A DNA stretch of 64,000 nucleotides, from contig JBAZVG010000001.1 of assembly GCA_041661005.1 (NCBI GenBank), positions 735,515-799,514 on the forward strand, given 5' to 3'. This DNA comes from Minisyncoccota bacterium. Lineage in GTDB: Bacteria > Patescibacteriota > Minisyncoccia > Phycocordibacterales > UBA9973. The notes beneath the pieces are model-generated. The model did not search any database. It worked only from the letters and a program-made list of their open reading frames with translations, and had not been told where the DNA came from. A program made the translations under genes and the position numbers. This document shows positions 29,940 to 40,240 of this stretch, piece after piece. The number at the start of each line of letters is the position of its first letter. Positions within the stretch are counted from its first letter, which is position 1.

Positions 29940-30701
29940 ATGAAAACAATTATACTTTGCGGGGGTATGGGTACTCGTATGAAAGAAGAAACTGAATTTA
30001 AGCCAAAACCAATGGTTTTGATAGGTGGCAAGCCGATTTTGTGGCACATAATGAAAATATACAGCCATTACGGGCATAACAATTTTGTTTTGGCTTTAGG
30101 ATATAAAGGGGATATGATTAAAAACTATTTTTTGGATCAAAGGGCTTTCCTTAATGATTTCACCATAAATGTTTTAAACGGAAAAACAGATTTTCATAAC
30201 AATGAGGGAGATGATTTTAATGTTACCTTAGCTGAAACTGGCCAGGAGTCAGAAACAGGAGAAAGGATATTGAAATTAAAAAAGTATATTACAGAGGATG
30301 AATTTATGGTGACTTTCGGAGATGGGGTTTCCGATATTGATATTAATAATCTTGTGGATTTTCATAGAAAACAAGGAACCGTCGGGACAATAAGCGGCTT
30401 CCACCCATATAGTAAATATGGATTAGTCAAGATAGATGAAAACAGCAACAAAGTTATTAATTTTGAACAAAAGCCAATTCTTTTTGATTATACAAGCGGA
30501 GGATTTATGATTTTTAATAAAAAGGCATTTGATTATTTTGATAATGGCCCCATGGAAAACGGATTGATAAAAATGGTTAAAGATGGTCAATTATCTATGT
30601 ATAAACACGAAGGGTTCTGGAAACCGATGGATACATACAGAGAAGTGGAGGAATTAAATAAGCTTTGGGAAGAAGACCCAAAGTGGAAAATATGGAAATA
30701 A
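29940..30701 (+). CDS. rfbF: glucose-1-phosphate cytidylyltransferase
   Basis: 'KTIILCGGMGTRMKEETEFKPKPMVLIGGKPILWHIMKIYSHYG' matches the RfbF/DdhA N-terminus. Confidence 0.8.
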   Translation: MKTIILCGGMGTRMKEETEFKPKPMVLIGGKPILWHIMKIYSHYGHNNFVLALGYKGDMIKNYFLDQRAFLNDFTINVLNGKTDFHNNEGDDFNVTLAETGQESETGERILKLKKYITEDEFMVTFGDGVSDIDINNLVDFHRKQGTVGTISGFHPYSKYGLVKIDENSNKVINFEQKPILFDYTSGGFMIFNKKAFDYFDNGPMENGLIKMVKDGQLSMYKHEGFWKPMDTYREVEELNKLWEEDPKWKIWK

Positions 30702-31627
30702 AAAGAAAAAAAATTTTAGTTACAGGAGGAGCTGGTTTCATTGGTTCCAATTTGGTTAATGAATTGATAAGGCGGGGCAATAAAGTTGTTGTAGTAGACG
30801 ACCTGTCTTCGGGTAGAAGAGAAAATATAAATAAAAAGGTTAAATTTTATAAAGTCGATGTCAGAAGTAAAAAAATTGTTGAAATATTTAAAAAGGAAAA
30901 ACCAAAAATAGTTTTTCATCTTGCTGCAAAGGCATTAGTTGAAGACGTTTTTAAAAACCCCCAAGAAGCGATTGATGTTAATGTTATGGGTACAGTAAAC
31001 GTTTTGGAAGCTTGCAGACAGCAAAAGGGCATAGAATCAATTATAGTAGCCTCTTCTGATAAAGCATATGGTAAGTCAAAAAATCTTCCCTATGCAGAGC
31101 ATTATTCTTTAATGGGGGATCATCCTTATGACGTCTCAAAAGCATCGGCTGATTTAATAGCTAAAACATATTTTTCAACATATGGTTTACCGGTTAAAAT
31201 TACAAGATTTTCAAATGTTTTCGGTCAAGGGGATTATTCTTTTTCAAGAATAATCCCGGCTATAATGGAAGCCGTAGCGAGAAATAAGATATTGCTTATA
31301 AGAAGCGATGGAAAAATGATTAGAGAATATACTCACGTTAAAGACATTGTGGAAGGTTGCATAAGGCTTGCCGAGCATAAAGAAAATTATGGCGAAGCTT
31401 TTAACTTTGGAAGCAAAAATATTTTTAGCGTTATAGAATTAGTTGAAAAATCAGGACACATTCTCGGGGCGAAAATCAATTGTAAAATATTAAACACGAC
31501 AAAAAATGAGATTCCCGAACAATACCTTGATTGGACCAAAGCAAAAACAATATTAAATTGGGAGCCAAAAATAAGTTTTGATCAAGGAATTAAAGAAACT
31601 TTTAACTGGTTTATAAATGAATTGTAA
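30692..31627 (+). CDS. NDP-sugar 4,6-dehydratase/epimerase (extended SDR; CDP-glucose 4,6-dehydratase-like)
   Basis: 'TGGAGFIGS', 'SSDKAYG' and YxxxK 'YDVSKAS' motifs are present. The start overlaps the rfbF stop. Confidence 0.6.
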   Translation: MEIKRKKILVTGGAGFIGSNLVNELIRRGNKVVVVDDLSSGRRENINKKVKFYKVDVRSKKIVEIFKKEKPKIVFHLAAKALVEDVFKNPQEAIDVNVMGTVNVLEACRQQKGIESIIVASSDKAYGKSKNLPYAEHYSLMGDHPYDVSKASADLIAKTYFSTYGLPVKITRFSNVFGQGDYSFSRIIPAIMEAVARNKILLIRSDGKMIREYTHVKDIVEGCIRLAEHKENYGEAFNFGSKNIFSVIELVEKSGHILGAKINCKILNTTKNEIPEQYLDWTKAKTILNWEPKISFDQGIKETFNWFINEL

Positions 31628-32834
31628 AAATTGTGAAAATGAATTAAAAGAATTTCTTTCTTTGGGGCAGATGCCTTTGATTAATTCTTTTTTAAAGGAA
31701 GAGGATATTGCAAAGGAAAAGAAATTCAATCTTAGCGTGGGGTTTTGCCCAAAATGTTTTTTAGTACAACTTATGGATATAATTCCGCCGGAAGAACTTT
31801 TTAGAGACTATATTTATTTTTCTTCCACCTCTCAATACTTTTTAGATCATTGTAAAGAAGTTGCTGATGACATGGTTAAAAGATTTAATCTTAATAAAGA
31901 CAGTTTGGTTTTGGAAATCGCCAGCAACGACGGAGCACAACTACAATATTTTAAAGAATTAGGAGTGTCCGTGTTGGGCGTTGACCCTGCAAAAAATATT
32001 GCAAAGGTTGCAAACGAAAAAGGAATAGAAACTATTACAGAATTTTTTAATTTTGATTTTGCTAAAAAGTTAAAAACGAAAAAAAAGATACAAGCAGATT
32101 TGATTTTTGGTGCCAATGTTTTAGCTCATGTGCCAGAAATTGTTGATTTTGTAAAAGGCGTAAAAGAAATTTTAAAACCAAAAGGCACTGCTGTTTTTGA
32201 ATTTCCTTATGTAAAAGGCTTGATGGATAATAAATTCGACACCATTTATCACGAGCATGTTTTTTATTATTCTTTATTGGCTTTGATAAATTTATTCAAA
32301 TCTGTGGATCTGGAAATTTATGATGTAAAGCTTACGCCAATGCAAGGCGGTTCGCTTATGATTTTTATCTCTAATTCTGGAGTTTTTCAAATAAGTGAGA
32401 ATATAGTAAATCTTAAAGCAGAAGAACTTAAAAGTGGATTTGATAAATTTGAAACCTACCAAAAAATGAATGAGAATATTCTAAAATTAAAAAATGAATT
32501 GATTAGTTTTTTAGAAAAAATTAAAAAAGACGGTAAAAAAATTGCAGCTTATTCAGCTCCAGCAAAAGGAAATATTTTATTAAATTATTTTGGGATTAAT
32601 GAAAATTATTTAGATTTTATTGTCGACAAGTCAAAAGCAAAGCAAGGTTTATATACACCAGGAACTCATTTGTTGGTATATCCTTTAGAGAAGATATATC
32701 AAGGAAAGCCAGACTATCTTTTGATTCTGTGTTGGAACATTACTCAAGAAGTAATGGATATGATAGAATTACAAGAATATAAGAATAAAGGAGGGAAGTT
32801 TATTACACCAATACCAAATATAAAAATATTATGA
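31617..32834 (+). CDS. NDP-hexose C-methyltransferase (TylC3/NovU-like; zinc-ribbon plus SAM-MT plus C-MT C-terminal domain)
   Basis: The N-terminal CxxC...CxxC ('CKNCENEL...CPKCFLV') is followed by SAM-binding 'LEIASNDG'. The C-terminal domain and the ~405-aa length are typical of sugar C-3/C-5 methyltransferases. Confidence 0.7.
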   Translation: MNCKNCENELKEFLSLGQMPLINSFLKEEDIAKEKKFNLSVGFCPKCFLVQLMDIIPPEELFRDYIYFSSTSQYFLDHCKEVADDMVKRFNLNKDSLVLEIASNDGAQLQYFKELGVSVLGVDPAKNIAKVANEKGIETITEFFNFDFAKKLKTKKKIQADLIFGANVLAHVPEIVDFVKGVKEILKPKGTAVFEFPYVKGLMDNKFDTIYHEHVFYYSLLALINLFKSVDLEIYDVKLTPMQGGSLMIFISNSGVFQISENIVNLKAEELKSGFDKFETYQKMNENILKLKNELISFLEKIKKDGKKIAAYSAPAKGNILLNYFGINENYLDFIVDKSKAKQGLYTPGTHLLVYPLEKIYQGKPDYLLILCWNITQEVMDMIELQEYKNKGGKFITPIPNIKIL

Positions 32835-33355
32835 TTTTTAAAGAAACAAAAATTAAAGATCTATATATAATTAAGCCTGAGTTGAAGATTGATGAAAGGG
32901 GAAATTTTGCAAGAACTTTTTGCAAGGAAGAATTGAAAAAACAAGGCTTGGTTTTTGATATTGTGCAGGCAAACCAATCATTGACAGTTAAAAAGGGAAC
33001 GATTAGGGGGATGCATTTTCAAAAAGAGTCTAAAGCAGAGGGGAAAATTGTTCAATGTTTAAAGGGGAAAATTTATGATGTGGCTGTTGATTTGAGAAAA
33101 AATTCTTTAACTTATGGGCAATGGGTAGCCGAGAAGTTAACAGAGGAAAATAAAAAAATGTTTTTTTTGCCAAAGGGATTTGCTCACGGCTTTCAAACTT
33201 TAAGTGGTGATTGCATTGTCCAATATTTTATGTCGGAATTCCATTTTCCAGAATATGGCTCTGGGGTAAGATACAATGACCCATTTTTAAATATAGCTTG
33301 GCCGATTAAAAACCCTAATCTTTCAGAAAAAGATAAGAATTGGCCTTTATTATAA
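32831..33355 (+). CDS. NDP-4-keto-6-deoxyhexose 3,5-epimerase (RmlC-like cupin)
   Basis: 'IKDLYIIKP....DERG.F.....K......G......Q.N.S....G..RG.HFQ' is the RmlC pattern. Confidence 0.7.
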   Translation: MIFKETKIKDLYIIKPELKIDERGNFARTFCKEELKKQGLVFDIVQANQSLTVKKGTIRGMHFQKESKAEGKIVQCLKGKIYDVAVDLRKNSLTYGQWVAEKLTEENKKMFFLPKGFAHGFQTLSGDCIVQYFMSEFHFPEYGSGVRYNDPFLNIAWPIKNPNLSEKDKNWPLL

Positions 33356-33369
33356 TTATGAGAAATAAA

Positions 33370-34431
33370 ATGATGAGCGAAATTAATATAATTGAACAAG
33401 ATTGGAAAGAAGTCATTTTAAATGTCGGCTCAAAAAGGCTGAAAAATTTTAGTAAAAAGACAATATTAATAACCGGGGCAAATGGCTTTATTGGCAGGTC
33501 TTTAGTTTATTTTTTTATATATTTAAATGAAAATTTTTCAACAAATATTAAACTTATTTTAATTGCTAAAGAAGCAAAATTTGATTCAAAGATAAGCAAT
33601 TTGATAAAAAACAAAAAATTAAAATTTATTAAACATGATATCTTAAAAAAAACTAGCATTAATGAAAAAATTGATTATGTTTTTCATTTGGCAGCTGTAA
33701 TTTCTCCTAAATTTAATTCAACAAACCCTGTGGAGGCTTTAAAAATAAATGTTATTGGAACGGAAAATATATTAGATGCTTTAAAAAATATAAAAATTAC
33801 CAAATTCTTATATTTTAGTAGTGCTGGAGTTTATGGTAATCCAGATAAAAAAAATATTCCTACTAAAGAAGAATTTAATGGAAATGTGTCTCCAGTTTCT
33901 TTTAGGTCTTGTTATGCTGAGGGCAAACGAGCTGGAGAAGCTTGCACTATGGCTTATTTTAGGCAATATAATCTTCCTATAAATATAGTGCGCCCAGCTC
34001 ATATGTATGGTCCATTAATGAGGCTTAATGAAGATGTTACTATAAATTATTTCTTAAACTGCGGTTTAGCAAAAAAAGATATTGTTTTGCAGACCAAAGG
34101 CCAAGATACAAGATCTTTTTGCTATATAACAGATGTTTTATCAATTGTTTTGTTAGTTTCTTTAATGGCAAAATCTGGAGAAATTTTTAATATTAGTAAT
34201 GAAAAAGCAGAAGTTAAAATAATAGATTTGGCTGAATTAATATGTAAAATTTTTGATAATAAAATTAAGGTTAAAATTCAAGAGAAAAGCAAGACAAATT
34301 TTTTTAAGTCGCCCATGACAAGAAATGTTCCCAGTATGGAAAAAGTTAAAAATGTTTTAAAATTTACTCCAAAAATTACTTTAAATGATGGATTAGTGAG
34401 AATAATTAATAATTTAAAATTAAATAAATAA
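33370..34431 (+). CDS. NAD(P)-dependent sugar epimerase/reductase (SDR)
   Basis: 'ILITGANGFIGRS' and a YxxxK motif ('YAEGKRAGE') are present. It is probably the 4-ketoreductase of the pathway. Confidence 0.6.
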   Translation: MMSEINIIEQDWKEVILNVGSKRLKNFSKKTILITGANGFIGRSLVYFFIYLNENFSTNIKLILIAKEAKFDSKISNLIKNKKLKFIKHDILKKTSINEKIDYVFHLAAVISPKFNSTNPVEALKINVIGTENILDALKNIKITKFLYFSSAGVYGNPDKKNIPTKEEFNGNVSPVSFRSCYAEGKRAGEACTMAYFRQYNLPINIVRPAHMYGPLMRLNEDVTINYFLNCGLAKKDIVLQTKGQDTRSFCYITDVLSIVLLVSLMAKSGEIFNISNEKAEVKIIDLAELICKIFDNKIKVKIQEKSKTNFFKSPMTRNVPSMEKVKNVLKFTPKITLNDGLVRIINNLKLNK

Positions 34432-34437
34432 AAATAA

Positions 34438-36033
34438 ATGATTGTTTTAGGACTACATAAAAATCCATGGCACGACACAGGAGCTTGCATTATATCTGAT
34501 AAAAGCGGTTCTTTTGAAGTGTGCTCTATAAGCGAAGAAAGGCTAAATAGAGAGAAAGATTCAAGAGTTTTCCCGGAAAGAGCCATAAAGGCTTGTATGG
34601 AAAAGCTGGATATTAAAAGTTATGCTGAAATTGATTTTGTGGTAATGGACTATATTGAAGATAAAGATTGGCGCAAAGACAACATTGAACATAAAGAAAG
34701 AATCCATGAAATTTTAAAAGAATTTCCTGAAGATAAAATAATTGTTATTAATCACCATTTGGCTCATGCCTCTGCGACATACTTTTCATCACCTTTTAAT
34801 AGCGCATCAGTTTTAGTGATAGATGGGAGAGGGTCGAATAAAGAAACTCAAAGCATTTTTATTGCCAAAGATAATCAAATAAAACCCTTGGAATCAACAA
34901 GTAAAATGGGAATTGGGCTGTTATATTCGACTGTAACTAGAAAGATTGGATTTAAGGTTTTAGAGGAAGGAAAAGTAATGGGACTGGCTCCGTATGGAAA
35001 GGAATATAATCGAAAGATTTTTAATTTTCCCGAAAGATTCAGTGGCATAGAAACTGACTTTGAAGATGTTATGGTTTTAGGCAAATATGAATTAACAAAG
35101 GAATATGATAAAAATATAGAAACACTTGAGGATAAAAAAGTAGCAGCCTTTGAAATCCAAGACTTGTGTGAAAAAGTATTTTTGCACTTGGCAAATTATG
35201 CTAAAAAAATAACCAATGAAGATTATTTATGTCTTTCTGGGGGAAGTTCTTTAAACTCAGTCTCAAATTACAAAGTATTAAAATCAGGGTTTTTTAAAGA
35301 TGTTTTTATTAATCCCGCAGCTTCAGATACAGGAATTCCGTTGGGGTGCGCGCTTTATGGTTACCATGTTTTAGGAAATAAACCTAAAACATATAAAGAG
35401 ATAAGCCCTTACTTGGGACCAGAATATACAATTAATGATATAAAAAAAGCTATTAAAGAATTTAGCGGTTATAAAATAGTACGCAAAGATGCAAAACCCG
35501 AGGCAGTTAAAATGCTTTTAGAAAATAAAATTATTTCAATATTTTGGGGAAGGTCTGAAACAGGTCCTAGGGCTTTGGGAAATAGATCCATTGTGATGAG
35601 TCCAATGATTGCTGAAAATAAAGATGTTTTAAACGCTAGAGTAAAACACAGAGAATCTTTTAGGCCTTTTGCTCCAGCAATATTAGTAGAACATTTGCAA
35701 GAATATTTTGATATACCAAGACCAGAGCCATATATGCTTACTGTTCCTATGGTTAAAGAAGATAAAAAAAAGTTAATTCCAGCTGCCACTCATTATGACG
35801 GCACAGGCAGAGTGCAAAGTGTTTCCAAAGAATTAAATAAAAATTTTTATGAATTAATTGAATTATTTTATAAAAAAACTAAAGTGCCTGTATTGATTAA
35901 TACGTCATTTAATGTGGCGGGAGAACCAATAGTTGAAAGCCCCAAAGATGCTATTAAGTGTTTTTTGGGAACTGATATTGATGCTTTATTATTTGAAAAT
36001 ATTTTATTGATAAAAAATAAACTTGCTAATTAA
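34438..36033 (+). CDS. carbamoyltransferase (NodU/CmcH/NovN family)
   Basis: The N-terminal 'ILGL...HD..A........E.ER..R.K' is present, along with 'INHHLAHASATYF' and 'LVIDGRGS'. The ~530-aa length fits the family. Confidence 0.8.
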   Translation: MIVLGLHKNPWHDTGACIISDKSGSFEVCSISEERLNREKDSRVFPERAIKACMEKLDIKSYAEIDFVVMDYIEDKDWRKDNIEHKERIHEILKEFPEDKIIVINHHLAHASATYFSSPFNSASVLVIDGRGSNKETQSIFIAKDNQIKPLESTSKMGIGLLYSTVTRKIGFKVLEEGKVMGLAPYGKEYNRKIFNFPERFSGIETDFEDVMVLGKYELTKEYDKNIETLEDKKVAAFEIQDLCEKVFLHLANYAKKITNEDYLCLSGGSSLNSVSNYKVLKSGFFKDVFINPAASDTGIPLGCALYGYHVLGNKPKTYKEISPYLGPEYTINDIKKAIKEFSGYKIVRKDAKPEAVKMLLENKIISIFWGRSETGPRALGNRSIVMSPMIAENKDVLNARVKHRESFRPFAPAILVEHLQEYFDIPRPEPYMLTVPMVKEDKKKLIPAATHYDGTGRVQSVSKELNKNFYELIELFYKKTKVPVLINTSFNVAGEPIVESPKDAIKCFLGTDIDALLFENILLIKNKLAN

Positions 36034-36634
36034 TATGGAAAAAAAATTGGATAAAATATTTTATTTTTACACTCGGCCAATATTTTTTTGGGCAAAAATT
36101 AAAACTCAGTTTTTTTATAAATTATTTTTTGGAAAAATTGGCAGTGGCACAATGATTGTTAAAGCTGATTTAATTTTAAATCCGTCAAATATTTTTATTG
36201 GTAAAAATACAGTTATTCATAGTAATGCTAGGATTTTATGTATTACAAAGCACCGTGGCGGGCAAAAATTTAATCCTAAAATTGATATTGGAGATGATGT
36301 AAAAATTCAGCAAGGATCTCATATTTCTTGCACCAATGAAATAACTATTGAAAGTGGTGTCTCTATTGCTCCGAATGTAAAAATACTAGATAGTGACCAC
36401 ATGTATACTAACACATCAACGCCTATTCATAATCAAAAACTTTCGATAGGTTCAATTTTTATTGGTGAAAATTCTTTGATTGGAGCAGGGGTGGTTATTT
36501 TAAAAGCTAAAATAGGTAAAAATTGCATAGTGGGAGCGAATGCAGTAGTTAAAGGAGATTTCCCTGATTACTGTATTATAGCTGGTGTGCCAGCTAAAAT
36601 TATTAAATATATAAATGAAGGAGCTAATAAGTAA
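36023..36634 (+). CDS. hexapeptide-repeat acyl/acetyltransferase (TTG start)
   Basis: It has left-handed beta-helix repeats '[LIV]G.N..IG.G..I' and a C-terminal 'IIAGVPAKIIK'. Confidence 0.7.
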   Translation: MLINMEKKLDKIFYFYTRPIFFWAKIKTQFFYKLFFGKIGSGTMIVKADLILNPSNIFIGKNTVIHSNARILCITKHRGGQKFNPKIDIGDDVKIQQGSHISCTNEITIESGVSIAPNVKILDSDHMYTNTSTPIHNQKLSIGSIFIGENSLIGAGVVILKAKIGKNCIVGANAVVKGDFPDYCIIAGVPAKIIKYINEGANK

Positions 36635-36638
36635 GATT

Positions 36639-38153
36639 ATGTCAAAACTCTCACGAAATATTATTTATAATTTACTTGGTCAAGGGTCATTATTGATAAT
36701 CAGTTTTTTGGCGGTTAAATATATTTTTCATCAATTAGGCGCCGAGGCCTTGGGCATAATATATTTTACAATAGCCATGAATACAATCTTGGCTGTGGCC
36801 CTTGAAATGGGAGTTTCTTCTGCTTTAGTTAGAGAAATTTCAAGCCATTTTGATTCTGATAAAGAATATATCAAGAAACTCATACATACTTTTTCATTTT
36901 TTTATTGGGGTATTTATTTAGTAGCTGCTTTGATAATTTTTTTTATGGCGCCATTTTTTGTTCAAAAATGGATTCATTTAAGCTCAATAAGTCCTGATCT
37001 TGCTATAAATATTATTAGAATTTTAGGTATTACATCTGTCACAACTTTATTAGTTTCTTTTTATTCTAGTTTAATACGTGGGTTGCAAAAGATGAAATTT
37101 AATAATTTAATTGATGTAGTTTCTGGCATATTGCAACAGGGCGGGGCTCTTTTGATTTTGATTTTAAATGGAAGTTTGATGTTGGTAATTTATTGGTTTG
37201 CTATAAGTTATATTTTAAAAGTATGTATTTATTTTCTAGTTTCTGGTTATTTATTTTCCTTTCCAGCTCTTACGCCCAAATTTTCAAGTGCAGTTATTAA
37301 AAGAAATTTTAAATTTATTTTAAACACAACTTTTATTTCTATTTTTTCCACTATTCATATCCAGGCAGATAAAATTTCTATTAGTAAGTTTTTACCTATT
37401 TCAACCTTAGGATATTACAGTTTAGCTTATACTGCTGTTTCGCAGGCCACTTTGCTTACTGATTCAGTTAGCATGGCAGCTTATCCTTCTTTTTCTTCTT
37501 TGGCAAAAGAAAAAGATAAAAATGAGTTAATGTCGCAGTATTACAAATTGCAAGATTTACTTTGTTTTGGTATTCTGCCAATATTTGCAGCTATTCCCTT
37601 TGCTCTGGTGCCGGTATTTTCTTTTCTTTTTAATGCTCAGATTGCTAACTTATTACTGTTGCCAACAACTTTCCTATGTTTGGGTATTTATATGAATGGA
37701 ACAGTAACAATACCTTATGTGTTTTCCCTTGCTGTTGGTAAACCAAATATTACTGCAAAGATGAATTTTTACGCTTTATTTATTGTTTTGCCTCCGTCGG
37801 TGATTTTAATTTATTTTTTTGGTTTGCCTGCTGCTGGTTTATATTTAGTGTTTTATCATATCTTTGCTTATTTTTATAGCATACCCAAAATATGTAAAGA
37901 ATGTTTGGGCATTAAAGTAAAAGATTGGTATTTTCATATTTTTAGAATTTTTATTCTTGCAATTTTAACTTATGGCACGTCTTGGTTTATTTTAGGAGTA
38001 ATCAACAACCATTCAATTTTTGCGTTAATTTTAGCTTATTTACTTTCCTCAGTTGTTTATTTATATTTTTCTTATTTTTTAATTACAAAAGAGCTTAAAA
38101 AAACACTTTTTTATTATGTGCAATTATTATTAAATATTAAAAAATCAAAATGA
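36639..38153 (+). CDS. oligosaccharide flippase (Wzx/MOP superfamily)
   Basis: It has ~12-14 TM helices and starts with the typical 'LSRNIIYNLLGQGSLLIISFLAVKYI'. Confidence 0.65.
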   Translation: MSKLSRNIIYNLLGQGSLLIISFLAVKYIFHQLGAEALGIIYFTIAMNTILAVALEMGVSSALVREISSHFDSDKEYIKKLIHTFSFFYWGIYLVAALIIFFMAPFFVQKWIHLSSISPDLAINIIRILGITSVTTLLVSFYSSLIRGLQKMKFNNLIDVVSGILQQGGALLILILNGSLMLVIYWFAISYILKVCIYFLVSGYLFSFPALTPKFSSAVIKRNFKFILNTTFISIFSTIHIQADKISISKFLPISTLGYYSLAYTAVSQATLLTDSVSMAAYPSFSSLAKEKDKNELMSQYYKLQDLLCFGILPIFAAIPFALVPVFSFLFNAQIANLLLLPTTFLCLGIYMNGTVTIPYVFSLAVGKPNITAKMNFYALFIVLPPSVILIYFFGLPAAGLYLVFYHIFAYFYSIPKICKECLGIKVKDWYFHIFRIFILAILTYGTSWFILGVINNHSIFALILAYLLSSVVYLYFSYFLITKELKKTLFYYVQLLLNIKKSK

Positions 38154-39310
38154 ACGAGAATCAAAATTCAAAGCCTTTAATTTCTTTAATTATCCCAACC
38201 CGAGAGCGAGCTGATACTCTGTTGTTTGCTATAAAAACTGCGCTGGATCAAGACAGTAATTCTTATGAGGTAATTATTAGTGATAACTTTAGTCAGGATA
38301 ACACAAAAGAAATTGTTCAAGGTTTTAATGATTCGCGTTTGGTTTATATTAACACTGGTAAGCGTTTATCAATGTGTGATAATTTTGAATTTGCTCTAAA
38401 CCATGCCAAAGGGGAATATACAATTTTTATTGGAGACGATGATGCCATTATGCCACATGCTATAGACAAATTGCAGAATACCATTAAAAATAAATCTGAT
38501 TATTCTGTATTTTGTTGGCACAAACCAATTTATCTTTGGCCAAAAGGCGGGCAGGATGCTTCTATTTGGATTTTACCTTTTAACACGCGATTATATGAAG
38601 TTGATTTAAAAAAGCGAGCAAAGTTTGTAATTAGCATGGGTGGAACTGGCTGCGGTCTTTTACCCTCAATATATCATTGCGCTGTTAAGAAATCTGTCTT
38701 AGAAAAAATAAAAAACCAGACTGGTCGGGTTTTTCATTCCACAACTCCAGATATTGGTACAGCTTTTGCTTTACCGGTTTTTTTAGATAAAGCTCTTAAC
38801 GTTGATTATTTAGTAACCATTACTGGTCAATCTCCTAAATCAAATAGCGTGACAACATACACAAAGGGTGATCAATTAAATACAAGAAAATTTCTTGAAG
38901 AATACAAAGGTTATAAAATTCATAAATCCTTATTCCCTGGGATAGATCCAGTGGCTAATTTAATGCCAGATACTATTTTAGTTGCAATGGATAAGTTTCC
39001 TAAATTCTATAGTGGCATGAAGTTTAATTATAATGCTATGTGGTCCAGGTTGCTTAAATCATCAAACGATTATAATTTAGGGCTTACTATTACTAAAATT
39101 ATTCAGAAAAGAAAACAAATAAATCAGTATCATAATTTTAACTCAATTAAGTTCTTGTTTTATTGTATTTTCTGGAAATTACCTGATTTGTATAGGCAGT
39201 TATCTCATAAAACTGTGGAACTGGGGCCTTTTGCAAAAAAAGTACCAGATAATATTAGTGACTTTGTTAAACAACTCGCTATTTATGAAAAATCGCGTAA
39301 AATAAAATAA
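38150..39310 (+). CDS. family 2 glycosyltransferase
   Basis: 'ISLIIPTRERADTL..AI.....Q.....EVIISDNFSQDNT' is the GT-A DxD-type N-terminus. Confidence 0.7.
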   Translation: MNENQNSKPLISLIIPTRERADTLLFAIKTALDQDSNSYEVIISDNFSQDNTKEIVQGFNDSRLVYINTGKRLSMCDNFEFALNHAKGEYTIFIGDDDAIMPHAIDKLQNTIKNKSDYSVFCWHKPIYLWPKGGQDASIWILPFNTRLYEVDLKKRAKFVISMGGTGCGLLPSIYHCAVKKSVLEKIKNQTGRVFHSTTPDIGTAFALPVFLDKALNVDYLVTITGQSPKSNSVTTYTKGDQLNTRKFLEEYKGYKIHKSLFPGIDPVANLMPDTILVAMDKFPKFYSGMKFNYNAMWSRLLKSSNDYNLGLTITKIIQKRKQINQYHNFNSIKFLFYCIFWKLPDLYRQLSHKTVELGPFAKKVPDNISDFVKQLAIYEKSRKIK

Positions 39311-39325
39311 AGTAATATAAAAAAT

Positions 39326-40240
39326 ATGAATGTTAAAAATAAAAGAATTTTAGTAACTGGAGGAGCTGGGTTTATTGGATCACATGTTACAGATGCGCTT
39401 ATTAAAGCTGGAGCTATTGTAAGTATAATTGATAATTTGTCTACTGGCAGGAAAGAAAACATAAATCCAAATGCTACATTTTATGAAATAAATATTGCTG
39501 ACTTAAAAATTAAAGATATTTTTGAAAAAGAAAATTTCGAGATAATTTATCATTTTGCTTTTAATGTTTTAGTTCCTAAATCGGTTGAAAATCCTTTAAT
39601 TGATATGGACAGTATTGCGGGGTCTCTTAATGTTTTGATTAATGCGCAAAAATATGGAGCAAAGAAAATTATTTTTTCTTCTTCGGGTTTTATATATGGC
39701 AATACACAGAATTTACCAGCCAAAGAATCAGAACCAGTTGATCCAATTTCTCCGTATGTTGTTTCAAAATATGCAGTTGAAAATTATTTAAAATTCTTTA
39801 ATAAAGCCTATAATTTGCCTTATGTAGTTTTTAGAAATGCAGCGGTTTATGGTCCAAGGCAAATAACAGGAGCAATGGCAGATTATATCAGAAAATTAAA
39901 GGCAGACAAGCAAGCTGACATTTGGGGAGATGGAAACAAGACAAGGGATTATGTTTTTATTGATGATGTTGTAAATGCCAATATTTTAGCTCTGGATTTA
40001 CCAGATGATTTTTCAGATCCAGTTTTTAATTTAGGAAGTGGCAAAGAAACAACTTTAAATGATTTATACAAAGGCATTGCTAAACTGCTGGGCAAAGAGG
40101 CAAAACCCATTTATCATCCCGAAAGGCCAGGAGAGCAAATTAGATATTGTCTTGACAATTCAAAGGCAAAAAGAGAACTTGGATGGAAGATTAAATATAA
40201 TCTAGATGAAGGATTAAAAATTTTAATATCTAAACAATGA
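39326..40240 (+). CDS. NAD-dependent sugar epimerase/dehydratase (SDR)
   Basis: '[13 protein letters not shown]' and YxxxK 'YVVSKYAVE' motifs are present. Confidence 0.7.
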   Translation: MNVKNKRILVTGGAGFIGSHVTDALIKAGAIVSIIDNLSTGRKENINPNATFYEINIADLKIKDIFEKENFEIIYHFAFNVLVPKSVENPLIDMDSIAGSLNVLINAQKYGAKKIIFSSSGFIYGNTQNLPAKESEPVDPISPYVVSKYAVENYLKFFNKAYNLPYVVFRNAAVYGPRQITGAMADYIRKLKADKQADIWGDGNKTRDYVFIDDVVNANILALDLPDDFSDPVFNLGSGKETTLNDLYKGIAKLLGKEAKPIYHPERPGEQIRYCLDNSKAKRELGWKIKYNLDEGLKILISKQ